IMG/VR virus record: IMGVR_UViG_3300043411_001777
Coordinates: 124,001 to 188,000 of that record
Strand: one strand, 5' to 3'
DNA: 64,000 nucleotides
The first letter of the stretch is position 1. Every line of letters starts with the position of its first letter. This document shows positions 20,701 through 28,700 of this stretch, piece after piece. Under the pieces are notes generated by a model that was not told where the DNA came from, did no database searches, and was given only the letters and a program-made list of their open reading frames with translations. The position numbers were made by a program, and so were the translations under genes.

Positions 20701-22778
20701 TTAGAGTGCAGCACCACGCGCCCATTTTCCGCGGTAGCCGTGCCCCGAAGCGCGACGCTATAGCCGGTGCTTTGCGTAGCAATTTGCGCTTGGATACTTG
20801 CTGCAACTTCCTCAGCCGTATAAGTCCCGTCACTGCTAAACGCAGAAACCCAAGTAAACTCATACCCGCCTAGGGAAAAAGACAACTCCTCATCCCCCTC
20901 AAACCTAAAGACGTGCTGGACTCTAGAGTAGAGAGTGCTGTCACTCGCCCAGGTTGACGGAGTAAAAGTGCTTTGGAGAAAGTGTATGTCCTGACCATTG
21001 ATGTTCTTCAGGTCTGCATTTGAAAATCGGACTAGACTCCCACTAGCCCCAAGCTCTTTTGCCACATAAGCCTCCCCCTTCTTGATCTTGTGGCGGGGTG
21101 GGATATCAGCCTCAAAGTCCACAACATTGATCGTATGGATTGTGAAGTCCCTAGAAAAAATCAGAGTGTCCCCAACACCATCCTCAATTGCCCTCACAGC
21201 ACCAGAGGCGGCGGCAACTGCTGTATCTCCCCCAGGTCGCACGCCCACCAGTTCGTCCACAGGAGTCAGCCCCGTGCCATCAAACGCTGTCAACGTCCCA
21301 GAAACGCCCAACCCAGGAACAGGGCTCCCGGCCGGGATATAGTAATCCCCGGAATTCAAAACCAGTGCCTGTGCGGCCTTTAATGGCTGAGGAACCGCAT
21401 TGAGCGCAACTCCATCATAGAAGACTCTGGCATCCAAATACGACCGGACAAACCCACTTGAGGTTGGCAAAGCCTTATTCAGATCGGTCTGGCTGAACCG
21501 AATCCGACCCGTCTCAAGGGAGACCCCGACTTCCCCTACAGCCAAAGAAAGTAGAGGAAGCTCCGCATCGGTATCCGTCAACGTAGGGGTTAAGTACCGC
21601 CGGTTTCCAATCCGAAGAAAGGGGTTGTCATTTTTCTCAGGAATTGGAGAAAGGAAAAGTGGGTCCGTTGAAGCCGATTCAAGAGATCCTAAGTCCCCGG
21701 TATTCTCTGCCGAGACTGCCTGGTAAACCCAAACCGTCTCCCCAATGTGATCGGACACAAACTCCGGATTAAAGCGCAACACCCCATCCTGACTAAGGGT
21801 CGCGTCTACAGTATCCGAACTCCAATCATACCGAGGCGCCTGCCCCTCGGTAACAACTCGGACATCTGCCCGTGTGCTTTGAGCCAACTCAAAACCAACC
21901 CGGAGGTGGAGCGGAGAAAGAACCCCCACAGGGAAAATTCTCGGCTTAGGGCTCAAAGGAATTGAATCGAGACCGATAACACCCAAAGAAGTTGGGGGAG
22001 CGCCTTTCCATGGCTCCCACCTTTGGGACTTCGCGCGCCAACCAAACCTCGTCTCGTATTTGTCGTTACGAGTCCACCAAAAGGTGGGCTCTTGCCGCTC
22101 AAAGCGGACTGCCACAATGGAATCGCCCCGAAGGGCGGATAAACCACCGTCCAAAAGGGACAACTGAGCACTGGAAAGAGTGACCAATCCAGCATAAGTA
22201 TCTTGCGTGGCGACCTGAAAAACCAGATACGGAACAGTCCCCGCACGACCTGCCGAAGGGTCCTCTTCGTCTAACCAGCCCCCATCATCATAGATGACAT
22301 CACCGCGAGCCACTACGAGATATTCGATGTATTCCAGGGAGCGATTGTCATCATCGGACACCACCACTTGTGCCGTTCCGTCAGCATAGGTGCGGCCCTC
22401 TCCATCCACAACGGAGAGAGAACCCAATCCTAAGCTCCCAGACCCCGCCTCTGACCAAGAAGGGAAGTACGTCAGGCTAGCCTCATTAGCGGCCCAAACC
22501 AGATACTCGCTTTCAGAAGCCGAAGGGGCTTCCAAAACCATATCCCGATAGGCATGCCCATGCACGTCCTGCCAGGTAACTCCCGTAACGGCCGGGGACC
22601 CGTCTCCTTCCTGAACGAAATCGACAACATCTGCCAAATTACGCAACACCCCGGAAGAGGCCTCGGCTGTCGTCGAAGCATTTGAGGTTGCCTGCCGTGC
22701 ACCACAAATCACATGCCCAGAAAAGGGGTGCTTCTTGTCCGCAAATTCGGCGTCAGTAGGGTCGGGGTTGAAGCTCAT
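11706..22778 (-). CDS. Giant (3690 aa) virion structural protein, probably baseplate or fibre-associated
   Basis: Uninterrupted 11-kb ORF, beta-rich and acidic in composition, located between the spike and wedge genes. It contains recognisable inserted modules (see findings). Confidence 0.7.
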   Translation of the reverse strand: MSFNPDPTDAEFADKKHPFSGHVICGARQATSNASTTAEASSGVLRNLADVVDFVQEGDGSPAVTGVTWQDVHGHAYRDMVLEAPSASESEYLVWAANEASLTYFPSWSEAGSGSLGLGSLSVVDGEGRTYADGTAQVVVSDDDNRSLEYIEYLVVARGDVIYDDGGWLDEEDPSAGRAGTVPYLVFQVATQDTYAGLVTLSSAQLSLLDGGLSALRGDSIVAVRFERQEPTFWWTRNDKYETRFGWRAKSQRWEPWKGAPPTSLGVIGLDSIPLSPKPRIFPVGVLSPLHLRVGFELAQSTRADVRVVTEGQAPRYDWSSDTVDATLSQDGVLRFNPEFVSDHIGETVWVYQAVSAENTGDLGSLESASTDPLFLSPIPEKNDNPFLRIGNRRYLTPTLTDTDAELPLLSLAVGEVGVSLETGRIRFSQTDLNKALPTSSGFVRSYLDARVFYDGVALNAVPQPLKAAQALVLNSGDYYIPAGSPVPGLGVSGTLTAFDGTGLTPVDELVGVRPGGDTAVAAASGAVRAIEDGVGDTLIFSRDFTIHTINVVDFEADIPPRHKIKKGEAYVAKELGASGSLVRFSNADLKNINGQDIHFLQSTFTPSTWASDSTLYSRVQHVFRFEGDEELSFSLGGYEFTWVSAFSSDGTYTAEEVAASIQAQIATQSTGYSVALRGTATAENGRVVLHSNVNPLLIRVSPNHTGNRALGFAQGWYAEVGAWNPDSGVSFGFYRSHSNTELDAEVSDFKAHAKYNGVIQDKVSSAPFQFLPAIPLEDRPGLDTDVFFYLRNSTLDAEGEPVLLDTPVSNFEEVEYLFGESKLAWLSSKETEILVEKKTFSFDLGVSSVVTPTVRNIDGLGHISLAEEGGALTPLTYEEDFNLPQGGQTGQMLLTETFGAFVSSGQTGQVSSGIFTDSNADLSVVVEGSLFKIDGSWFMVTSVDGGITLTPTLEDSTELSWALYEGFSPNVYDPSLLVRGVLRPFSHLPSETFIVKQLTQVSETAPVAQAIERGRGVSLRYGIEGLDILLSPLRTVKLGVLSQDTLVVSVSDIRLSTGKFQIRVGDTYFEPSIVSAWSTTPVVVEVLGEGLTKGTLRFPQSVLDAYGTSQVYLEETFLELADLDGAAEFDPFSGELNVQAGEGQLYFAEQLLLGADVMVSAQTGACSLREPLQAEQVLELTYFQADMEGRKVGDAITEIVSFTHTEVATRVSATVYGYLGGADPIVTLGGRRLNYGGARDFYVEGSNIKFYREVPEQAEVKAISSVPVAFGGEVTFRSGAYPIYRPPFYIPSGKNRFGVRGDRASEFTPGQILKIGEVCHYIKSVELFAAEDITAVTLYPATASELGSRAPVNDVGMWLSDIAFTASVDGTATSANFGVLQSFPQAFAFNAVSRGAVTLAFVGDVSAFAKPGHLLEVAGQPYIVRRTALAEDGSKTFVTLSSPVRLDLAGTEPVKCSYLPLYYEQDTAIAVGAQTFGTDVRLISFPEGRELRSQVDYTFTPEGIQLAAGVTRGEQLLLHYTKLRYLEPFVDRGALIFPRIYASFKYRDAPSVANGVLNSQLQGRFFYRSPDSFYVRVTPLTRFVSETVTQAIQDLNSETGSVVPATPMNNWEFGRAGLLTRLADLLDKDRASRVMLSFYNETIEGFEQALETMTSGVIGDRSGKFRFWVGKDKTLPVPGYEDDISGQITPRYLWAEVSMQEAADTLWVLRTDPLMEPRTATLSQGELAGDLPEADRIDQLIGKQVLLIKNDVDDYVLVSPGKVTAIRTAFFPFFKQQAASLVAQMGEQHGLSRLFPTTTRAFFTTYPGIGSDLDGEGRYSWGTLFGGSRRSTYRKQIGQLENPVLGEITGVSDAVVFKRRARARVWGYFPTGVPGGAFPLAITDPVIIATPQLLRDFKIDPETGFPSYADLLSQGGEDPDLESGNPDLSVPGFQVGDQLSFGLPSGETYLLFSPETVDIFGQSSFTGVFVDSVEYGCVLTFRNVNSVRIADPNNLLIGQGPDQAIPLGEFEFQPGATIYAAPSLNSNTALSSPITTDDLEVAVSRNDQYVVGRDLAITKDGRVLDISLPSFADPSFIGLKEILGQNSPRPLQSLEAVAGFSYTELGPLEIPALRGEELDDTGDQAIPFVAVLNSELERLGDAAVAAPLVIEAEDGSGGYLYPDEILSTEGEILSAYEVWGSGYAEPAALIVPVDATPVAHGATDPGIGDVGRFDLVLVQPKVVEAGWQGIISVGEISTVSLGGGSYGSIYEPPRFVTPTTPPLNLADPDTGSVIRYTFDNAIVYTDDPGNYALDPQVAIPPGLQIIEDTGADLTILDFSSLTKLALNDGDTIGLGNLNELWSSTGYKSKNIFTFRLYWRTDASITDSPDPGLPSAGQVFLTIRIFGTTWTVTDYWGNFSSGTLTGFGITFGTEETPAGTVIENRQIHLKDSAIIDWGGGTPNQWFIPHAVAGARKTGLYGYEFSLSIDTFNSTADRGGSNTGWVGEDRLTFSDVWDMRHVKARGYTHPLSGVSLAGGLRIREVTLRDGTASTINDVVSAALTFVPRSTVATDAASYYLRSDVGGQWVARGADSEVGSIKVMALETNPNTSIVSADIICSAIPSTSQVDGDYICRGVGYVESAAHTQVGVFLYDTRLADIVVADGALANIEPGDLCVLGKTSPIYGDHIASTKTGTYLVRHAVTPTGGNPYRESSHTAWANSSGGWCPVQFPTIVEFDSGSSELTVSDYAGFEDSPVSIGGLKSGFESSGRLFIVLDPAALNASDAADFRVSVISCEYTSMSAIAYKFLGTGVYRWADNTAMTADEFAALAIAGRYVTGMSHLPIDVKGGELPSNNVVGYDEPGSVVSIAIDVPGTGYSIGDVITFTAPVAGVTAKAIVATVGGLGDITSVTITHPGTGYTAAPTLASISGAGVGADLSTTLTNHHSVYGIRFLELAPPVSVSGVALLFDGQQSGGGAKVHKPADAASGHLTVTEGTVWGISGGLATFVDSLEKAVYPSVPKCLSLDQLTTAQWKSLNVPVGSYGNGIAANDLKTHCLLPGAQLILADGATPGFYAQAGIFLEPSFPLPVLNMGTNYAHVVDDNNNMDDADVGVRNKELFYAANQDDITGLPEEVDFEIRRCRRWHEAQIEVSSSFEALRFAYEIRRGRITDWSEDDKGFATVRAESFTMDFNNDVVAPWAGDVWNDLQVYTGTNLGGFLDSNVNIHAGDWFRILDEEGDLIEQHEIAAVISDGRLLLRPPQSVIPSGHASNGGYRFEIWLRQAPVPHEQTNEQLLNLITAKEVHRTIADWDTEEGGYVPEFTPGDSWSDVANHLYDDKSVVGGTTYETLGVAVGDIVIVDPIGAIPNSIDRGSRAFGDTRVSTRAGYVAGSPSNLDDNRGFYRVLEVAGDHLVVDPVTTFSGDIDSDQVFPATEQAALGYVAYPTVNDSLLNHTDYVSPAPLDNREGQNDLRPTKVKNVLTYSEDAYSIRPFSYRIIRPLSLFEPETVDLILLMRERTLSLIDKFGALMRGVKGGSYFDFQDDTHIASLGDLEDLEVARGLLTNGVIRNLMGEFGVSPFANSSDALSILDRRFWIQDARLDRLVPNTDFTARTYDSGVDPAFKTDGGPYTSFSSEDGDIVRPLFPDRISEVLDTSEKFRALRLMWLGYRTHKTTGTLAAIRQFRAALTSKRAKGSQFSMLRRTVTRLNE

Positions 22779-22781
22779 CAG

Positions 22782-23363
22782 TTAACTCACAGTGGAGGTG
22801 GTATTTCCGCTCGTCGCGAAAGTCGGTGTGGTGGTTACCCCAGCCACAACCCCAATGCCGGCTGACACGTTTAGAAGTGACGAAACGGTATGGGCAAGCC
22901 CTATGGATAAGGATGGGACCAGTAATCCCGATCCTAGGGATCCAAGTAAGCTAGAATTGAGAATGGGTATCAACAAACTTGGATCCGCTGCGACTAGCGC
23001 AGTGTCTACCCCTGTCGCAACTAAAGGAGAAACACCGCTGTAGTCAGCCTGAATTGTAAAGACTTCCGAAATGATAGATGCTATCACACGGGACAAGCTA
23101 GGCGAAGTAACCCCATTGAACCCTGCCGCCTGCATTTGCGCCTGGGCCAGTGTGAAATTAGCAGGAACCGCCAACTTACCTTGGACGCTGCCCACCCCAG
23201 CAAGACCGGAAGCGATCCCAGTTATACGGATAGTGGGGGTCCAAGCTAAAACGGCCTGGACAAAACCAATAGACAAGCGCTCGAAATTGATTCCGAGCAT
23301 TGGGATTTCGGCTACCTCACGTTTACTCAGGCACGTCGTAAGGAACGTTGGAAAAGATAGCAC
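22782..23363 (-). CDS. Hypothetical protein downstream of the spike
   Basis: 193 aa, Gly/Ser/Ala/Leu-rich. Its GTG start directly abuts the spike gene TGA. Confidence 0.6.
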   Translation of the reverse strand: MLSFPTFLTTCLSKREVAEIPMLGINFERLSIGFVQAVLAWTPTIRITGIASGLAGVGSVQGKLAVPANFTLAQAQMQAAGFNGVTSPSLSRVIASIISEVFTIQADYSGVSPLVATGVDTALVAADPSLLIPILNSSLLGSLGSGLLVPSLSIGLAHTVSSLLNVSAGIGVVAGVTTTPTFATSGNTTSTVS

Positions 23364-25757
23364 TCATACCCCAACAATATGGTTAGCAGCCCCCATGCCA
23401 AAAAAGGCAAAGGGCAGGCCCGTTAATGGGTCTAAGGACCCTGAACAGATAATACCACCCATATCAGGCCCTACGATAGGGGCACCCAAATACACCGACC
23501 GTCCCCTTACGGTTGCAGTCCCCGTTTCCGAAGCCACAGTAACCCCCGTAAAGCCCCTAAATTCAGCCGACCCGGCCGATGCCACTAGGGTCATGTTCCC
23601 CACCGCTACCTGCGCGTTAAGGCCGTCTGGCTTCAATTCCGTGCTGTTCTGACCCGATTTGTGGGTTATCTTGCCAGTGGTCGCCTCAAAACGTGCATTA
23701 CCTACATCAATCCTCGTTGTATGGTCCCCGAGCTGGAACAGCTCTTCCCGGGACCCCTGTACAAAAGTCGTCTTCTGGGCCACCATATTCGGTAAGGATG
23801 GGGCGTAGGTCACTTCATGTAAGGGCCCCGAGGTAGGCAGCCCCCACCTCGGACCAGAAAACAGTTCCGTCTTCCGCCCCGTTACATTCTCCACCATCTC
23901 CTGGGCGGACACATTCATCCGATTGCCAGAAAGCAGCTCGATAGTTTCCCCCATGACAACAGAGAGCGCGTTCCCCTGCATCTCTGTATTCTGGGCTTGC
24001 GTCTTCAACTTACGTTGCGCTGACAACCGCATCCCGGAGGCTGCTTCAATCTCAACCGAAATGCCATCCTTTGCGATTGCTGATTCCGATCCTTTTTTAG
24101 AGCCTCCGCCGAAAATACGCACGGACCCATGATCAGAACCCAAATCGAGGCCAACATTTGAAGCCGCATCCCCGCGAGACGACCTGAATGCAATACCTTG
24201 GTCAAGAGAAAGCTCTAGCTTCCCGCCCACCGAAAGCCGCAACCCACCAGCCAAAGCGACCTCAGCCGAGGTTTCCCGGATAGCCCCACCCACAAAAGCT
24301 TTGAGCTGGCCTTTTTTGTTCCAAGCGACAAAGGACGAAGCCGACCCGTCCAAGGGGGAAAGACGGAACAGACTAGCCATGTACTCCGACACGGGTGTTG
24401 CTATCTGACTCCGGGTTCCAGAACCGATAACCGCAGCTTCTAGTCGTGGGTTTACCGTTGGACCATCAAACAGCTTCGCAACAAGTGGCACCCCGTACTG
24501 GCGACGACCTTCAAGAGAAAAGGGGTCATTTCCGACCACGGTCCCAAGCACTGATTCTACGTGCGGGCGGTTCTGACTTTGCCCACCTCGGGTGTCTAAG
24601 TCAGACGTCGGTAGCCGGTCAGCGTCAAAAAGGTCAGTCTGCTCGGTAACGGGTAGGCGACCTTTAGACGTATTAGCAACCTCGATCCGATATTCGGTGA
24701 ACGTCTCAGCATCGGGGTCTAAGGCCCCATTCTGACCATTCTTGGCCACCCGAAAGAGAGGTTTGCCCCCATATGTGGGGAGACTTGGGTTCGTTGCAAA
24801 CCCAGCCTCGTCAATGAAGCCTCCATTCTTAAGAAACACATAGGGATCTAGGTGCCCATCCGTCGAATGCAACGGGGCCCCCAAAAAACCCTCCGCAGAA
24901 ATCTTTTCACCACGAGCAAGAATTCTCGCGGGGGTGAGGAAACCCTCAGACTCAATTGAGTCCGGCAAATCTCGCTCGTGAAGGGGTGCCCCGTTGACCA
25001 TTTGCAGAGGGCCATCCCACTGCTTGCCATCGGACACCATTGAGGCAGGAAGGGCCGTAGCGTCTCGCTGCACCATGCCGTGGTAAGAACGCACACCAGC
25101 CATGGCGTGAAACTGTTGTAGAGACCGCGTGACCAGTGCGTTATCTTGATCACGCAGCCTTAGTTCTCCGCCCCGCCGATTTGCTAGAGTAACACTCTCG
25201 TCGAGAATGAGATCAGCACCCTGTGACGAGCACCCGATGATGTTGCCAGGCTGGCCGTGCCTTAGCTTATGTCGAACTCGATTATAGACGCCGTCGACAA
25301 TCCCGCGCTCTTTGACATTGCCTAGGTCTGCCTCTTCGATTGGGAATCCCACAACGGTTTCCCAATCTCGTGCGGTCCAGACCCCGGGCACAATCCAATT
25401 GAGGATGATCGGGATCTTCGTCCCATTTGGGACGTCCGACTCTTGTGGCATGAACCCAACAACACAATAGTCCCCGACCTCGGGCAGGGATCCAAAATAA
25501 TGCCGGGCTCCGGCTCCGGGAGCGGGGAGCGGAACGGCAACGCGATCAAATTCATGTGGGGTGGCCCCGACAATCCGTAGGGAGACGAAGTGCTCTTCGT
25601 AATCCACCAACGTAACTCGGGCAATGCCAAAGTTGTTGTTTTTGGTTGACATCCGAGCAATGTCAACAGCGGCTTTACGAGAGGACACCCGGAATTTGGC
25701 CCTAATCCCAGCGGAATGAGCACTTACAGGAGCTTGTTCAAATCGCCTCATCTTCAA
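23364..25757 (-). CDS. Baseplate central spike (gp5/VgrG/gpV-like)
   Basis: 797 aa. N-terminal OB-fold-like GIARVTLVDYE...GAGARHYFGSLPEVGDYCVVGF. C-terminal short beta-strand repeats (ISVEIEAASGMRLSAQ, TLVASAGSAEF). It ends in IICSGSLDPLTGLP and follows the hub gene. Confidence 0.75.
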   Translation of the reverse strand: MKMRRFEQAPVSAHSAGIRAKFRVSSRKAAVDIARMSTKNNNFGIARVTLVDYEEHFVSLRIVGATPHEFDRVAVPLPAPGAGARHYFGSLPEVGDYCVVGFMPQESDVPNGTKIPIILNWIVPGVWTARDWETVVGFPIEEADLGNVKERGIVDGVYNRVRHKLRHGQPGNIIGCSSQGADLILDESVTLANRRGGELRLRDQDNALVTRSLQQFHAMAGVRSYHGMVQRDATALPASMVSDGKQWDGPLQMVNGAPLHERDLPDSIESEGFLTPARILARGEKISAEGFLGAPLHSTDGHLDPYVFLKNGGFIDEAGFATNPSLPTYGGKPLFRVAKNGQNGALDPDAETFTEYRIEVANTSKGRLPVTEQTDLFDADRLPTSDLDTRGGQSQNRPHVESVLGTVVGNDPFSLEGRRQYGVPLVAKLFDGPTVNPRLEAAVIGSGTRSQIATPVSEYMASLFRLSPLDGSASSFVAWNKKGQLKAFVGGAIRETSAEVALAGGLRLSVGGKLELSLDQGIAFRSSRGDAASNVGLDLGSDHGSVRIFGGGSKKGSESAIAKDGISVEIEAASGMRLSAQRKLKTQAQNTEMQGNALSVVMGETIELLSGNRMNVSAQEMVENVTGRKTELFSGPRWGLPTSGPLHEVTYAPSLPNMVAQKTTFVQGSREELFQLGDHTTRIDVGNARFEATTGKITHKSGQNSTELKPDGLNAQVAVGNMTLVASAGSAEFRGFTGVTVASETGTATVRGRSVYLGAPIVGPDMGGIICSGSLDPLTGLPFAFFGMGAANHIVGV

Positions 25758-28700
25758 TCCTTATCGAATGGGTCTAGCGTCGACTTCAACACTGACTCAC
25801 GCCGCTCCAAACTCTTACCACTGAAACTGTCTTCTGCTTGACGCCAAGCAACTGATTTCAATTCGGCTTGCTGGCGCATTACCTGTGCATACTTATCGGT
25901 CGAATCCAGTTCCAAGAATTCCTCAGAGCCAAAAAGATCCAGCGTTATTGCCGCCTCGCTAGCTTTGCAGCTACAAACCTGGCCGTCATGGGTCACTCGT
26001 ATATCTGTAAGTGTCTTAGCCGCATTAACGATGGGGATCTTATCCAATGATCCCAACCCATTGGAGAACATATTGGCAAGCCCGATTTGGAAATGGTCGC
26101 CATCGGACCCTGGCTTCGCCCCAAACAGGTCCAGGATTTGAGTGTCCGATAGGTTCCGCTTTCGGAGCGCGTCAATTACCTTTTGCTCTAGAGCTGCACC
26201 AGCTTCCACGCCCACCAGCTTACGGTTTTCAAAGACCGGGACGCCATTATGCATCTTCTGGCGGCCTTTCTCGTCAAGGGCTGGCTGAGGGACTGAAACG
26301 GACACCCCGCGGGTCAGGAAATCCGTGACTTCTTCGACCAATTGACGATCAAGAAGGGACAGGGGGTCTTGCGCGTGAAGGTTAGCCCACACCCCATCCG
26401 GGCTGATAGACACGTCGCGCCCATAACGAAAAGAGCCAATCACCTCAAAACCATTTGCGTCTGACACAGGGAAAATGGCGCTGTGTGTACCGGCTTCGAA
26501 ATTAGCTTGTGTCACCGTCTTTTTTGTGTAAGCCGCAGCAATCTTAATCCCCCAAGCCATTTCCAACTGTTGGGTGAAAAGGGACCACGCTTCCTCCACT
26601 TGCTCAGGGGTCCAATTAGCCTTAGTAATGGCCTCCAGCCAAGATCGCAGATTAGCGTTGAAGCTTTCAACAAGAGCTTTGGCAATAGGCTTAGCCAGCC
26701 GACTGGCAAACTCTGCCGTTGTCCAAGTTGATGCCTTAGGCGTTTGCAGTTGGATTCGGGGAGTCATTGGAACAGGAGCAAGCGAAGGTAAAGACTGCTC
26801 TATCGGAGGAACCGTTTGAATCGCTGTTGAGCCACGTTTGGGCACGTCAGCTAAGTCAAAGCTATCAAAAAGCTTTTGAAGATCGATTTCATCTTTACCC
26901 AGCCGGACCTTAAGAGGAACTGCCGGAGGACGGATGAGGATAGCCTGAGTTACCTGGGCCTCTGCCACATCAACCACTATGGGTTCGATCGCCTTTTCAT
27001 AGTAGTAGGAAAGACTGCGAAGCTCGTTCACTCCAACAAAAAAATCCGGTGCTGACCTCTGCACATAATCCGACAACACCGTCTCGAAATAGTCTTGAGT
27101 CTCCACCCCAGCCTCACGACTTAACGAGTAGACCTTTTGTGAAGACGTTACGTTTTTCTTCCCCTTGATTAGTTGGGAGGAGAACCGAATCTCCCGAATT
27201 TCAGACGTCGGGACAGACACACCACGGGGTCGGGACGGGTCTGCCGTTAGCACCCTAATACCCCGCGTTGGGCGCACTTTACCCAGCTCCGCTTCTGCCC
27301 TGTAAGCTCCAGGGTAGGGGAGACTCACTTCCTTCCGGAAGCCCTTCACCTCAATTCCAGCAAAGGCAGGGTCCAAGTCCAGAGGTGTTTCTATTATCTG
27401 TGTACCCCCCGAAGTGCTGTCATAGGTGATTTCGGCCTGGCCTTGAGACTCCGGATCAGGGTGCGAAGCAGAATAATAGCGGTATTCGCCTGGCTGAGAG
27501 GCATTTGACAAATGGGATTTCTTCTCAGACAACATCTCCAAAATGGAGATAGTCGAATCCAAATTGGCGAAATCAGAATTTTGGGCCTTGTAGCGTGAGC
27601 CCACCTGACGAATCAACTCCGCAATGAGGGCCACACCAGCACGTTCCGCCTCATTGAGCGTGGCCTCAAATGCCTTTAGGTCTCCGTCCTTTAAGGCCTG
27701 TAGGGTCGTGGCCCGATCCTGCAACTTCGTCCGCTCTTCTTCCAAGGCAAGCAGCGAGGTTCCTGCTTTCTTTGCAGCTTCGCGCTTCTCGTTTACGACG
27801 CCGAGGGCATTTGTAGCCTTTTCCAGCTCCTGGTCACTAGGCTTTGCTACACGATAGAGGTTCTCTCGTGCATTGATAGTACCTTCTGGGATTTGCTCTG
27901 ACTTGCCGAAGTAGAACCGCACAGCCTTTGGGCTAGCCGTTCCGTCCCCACGAAGGGTTCCAGGCATATCCATAACATAAACGTCTTGATCCGATCCATC
28001 CTTACGGAGGATGCCCAAATGCACTGCCATATCCAACATCCGGTCAAGCCCGGCTGCGTCCGTTATCGATAGATCCAAACCACTCACGTAATGCAGCGGG
28101 TTGATCTTTTTGGGGTCCAACGCCATCACCACATTAGGGAAGCCAACCTTACGCGGGCGGCCGTCATTGTCCAACACCTCAAGCAACCGCTCGGGAAGAT
28201 CAGGACGGTCTAGCCGAATCGCCGAAATTCCACCCACCCCTTTGCCAATGAACCCTGGTGCGGCAAACTTTGACCGCTTCGCGATTAGACTAAGCGTGGT
28301 TGTGGCTTGGGCTCCTGGTGCAAAGCTATGGCTGAAACTGTTGATGTAGTAAAAGCAGTCCCGATTAACAATGTACACGGGGTATCCGGGTCTTAGCTCC
28401 GGGCGTAGCGGGATCGTAAGGGTTGCACGTTTCGTGGGTGCATTCATTACGTCCAGACGATTAGCCCCAGAGTAGTAAAGAGCTTTAGCATCATTCAGAA
28501 ATGAGGTGCTGAAATCCGCAGGACGCCAACCATATTGGGCAACCAACCGGTAATCGATATACGTGCCAATGTTGCCATACTCACCTTCGCCAGCGCCAAT
28601 CTGAATGTTAGCAAAAAGACCGTTCGTCCCTTTGATGTAGGTCGCCTGAGGCTCATCCTCCGAGGGGTTGAAGTTGATGATGTCAATTGGTTCAATGCGA

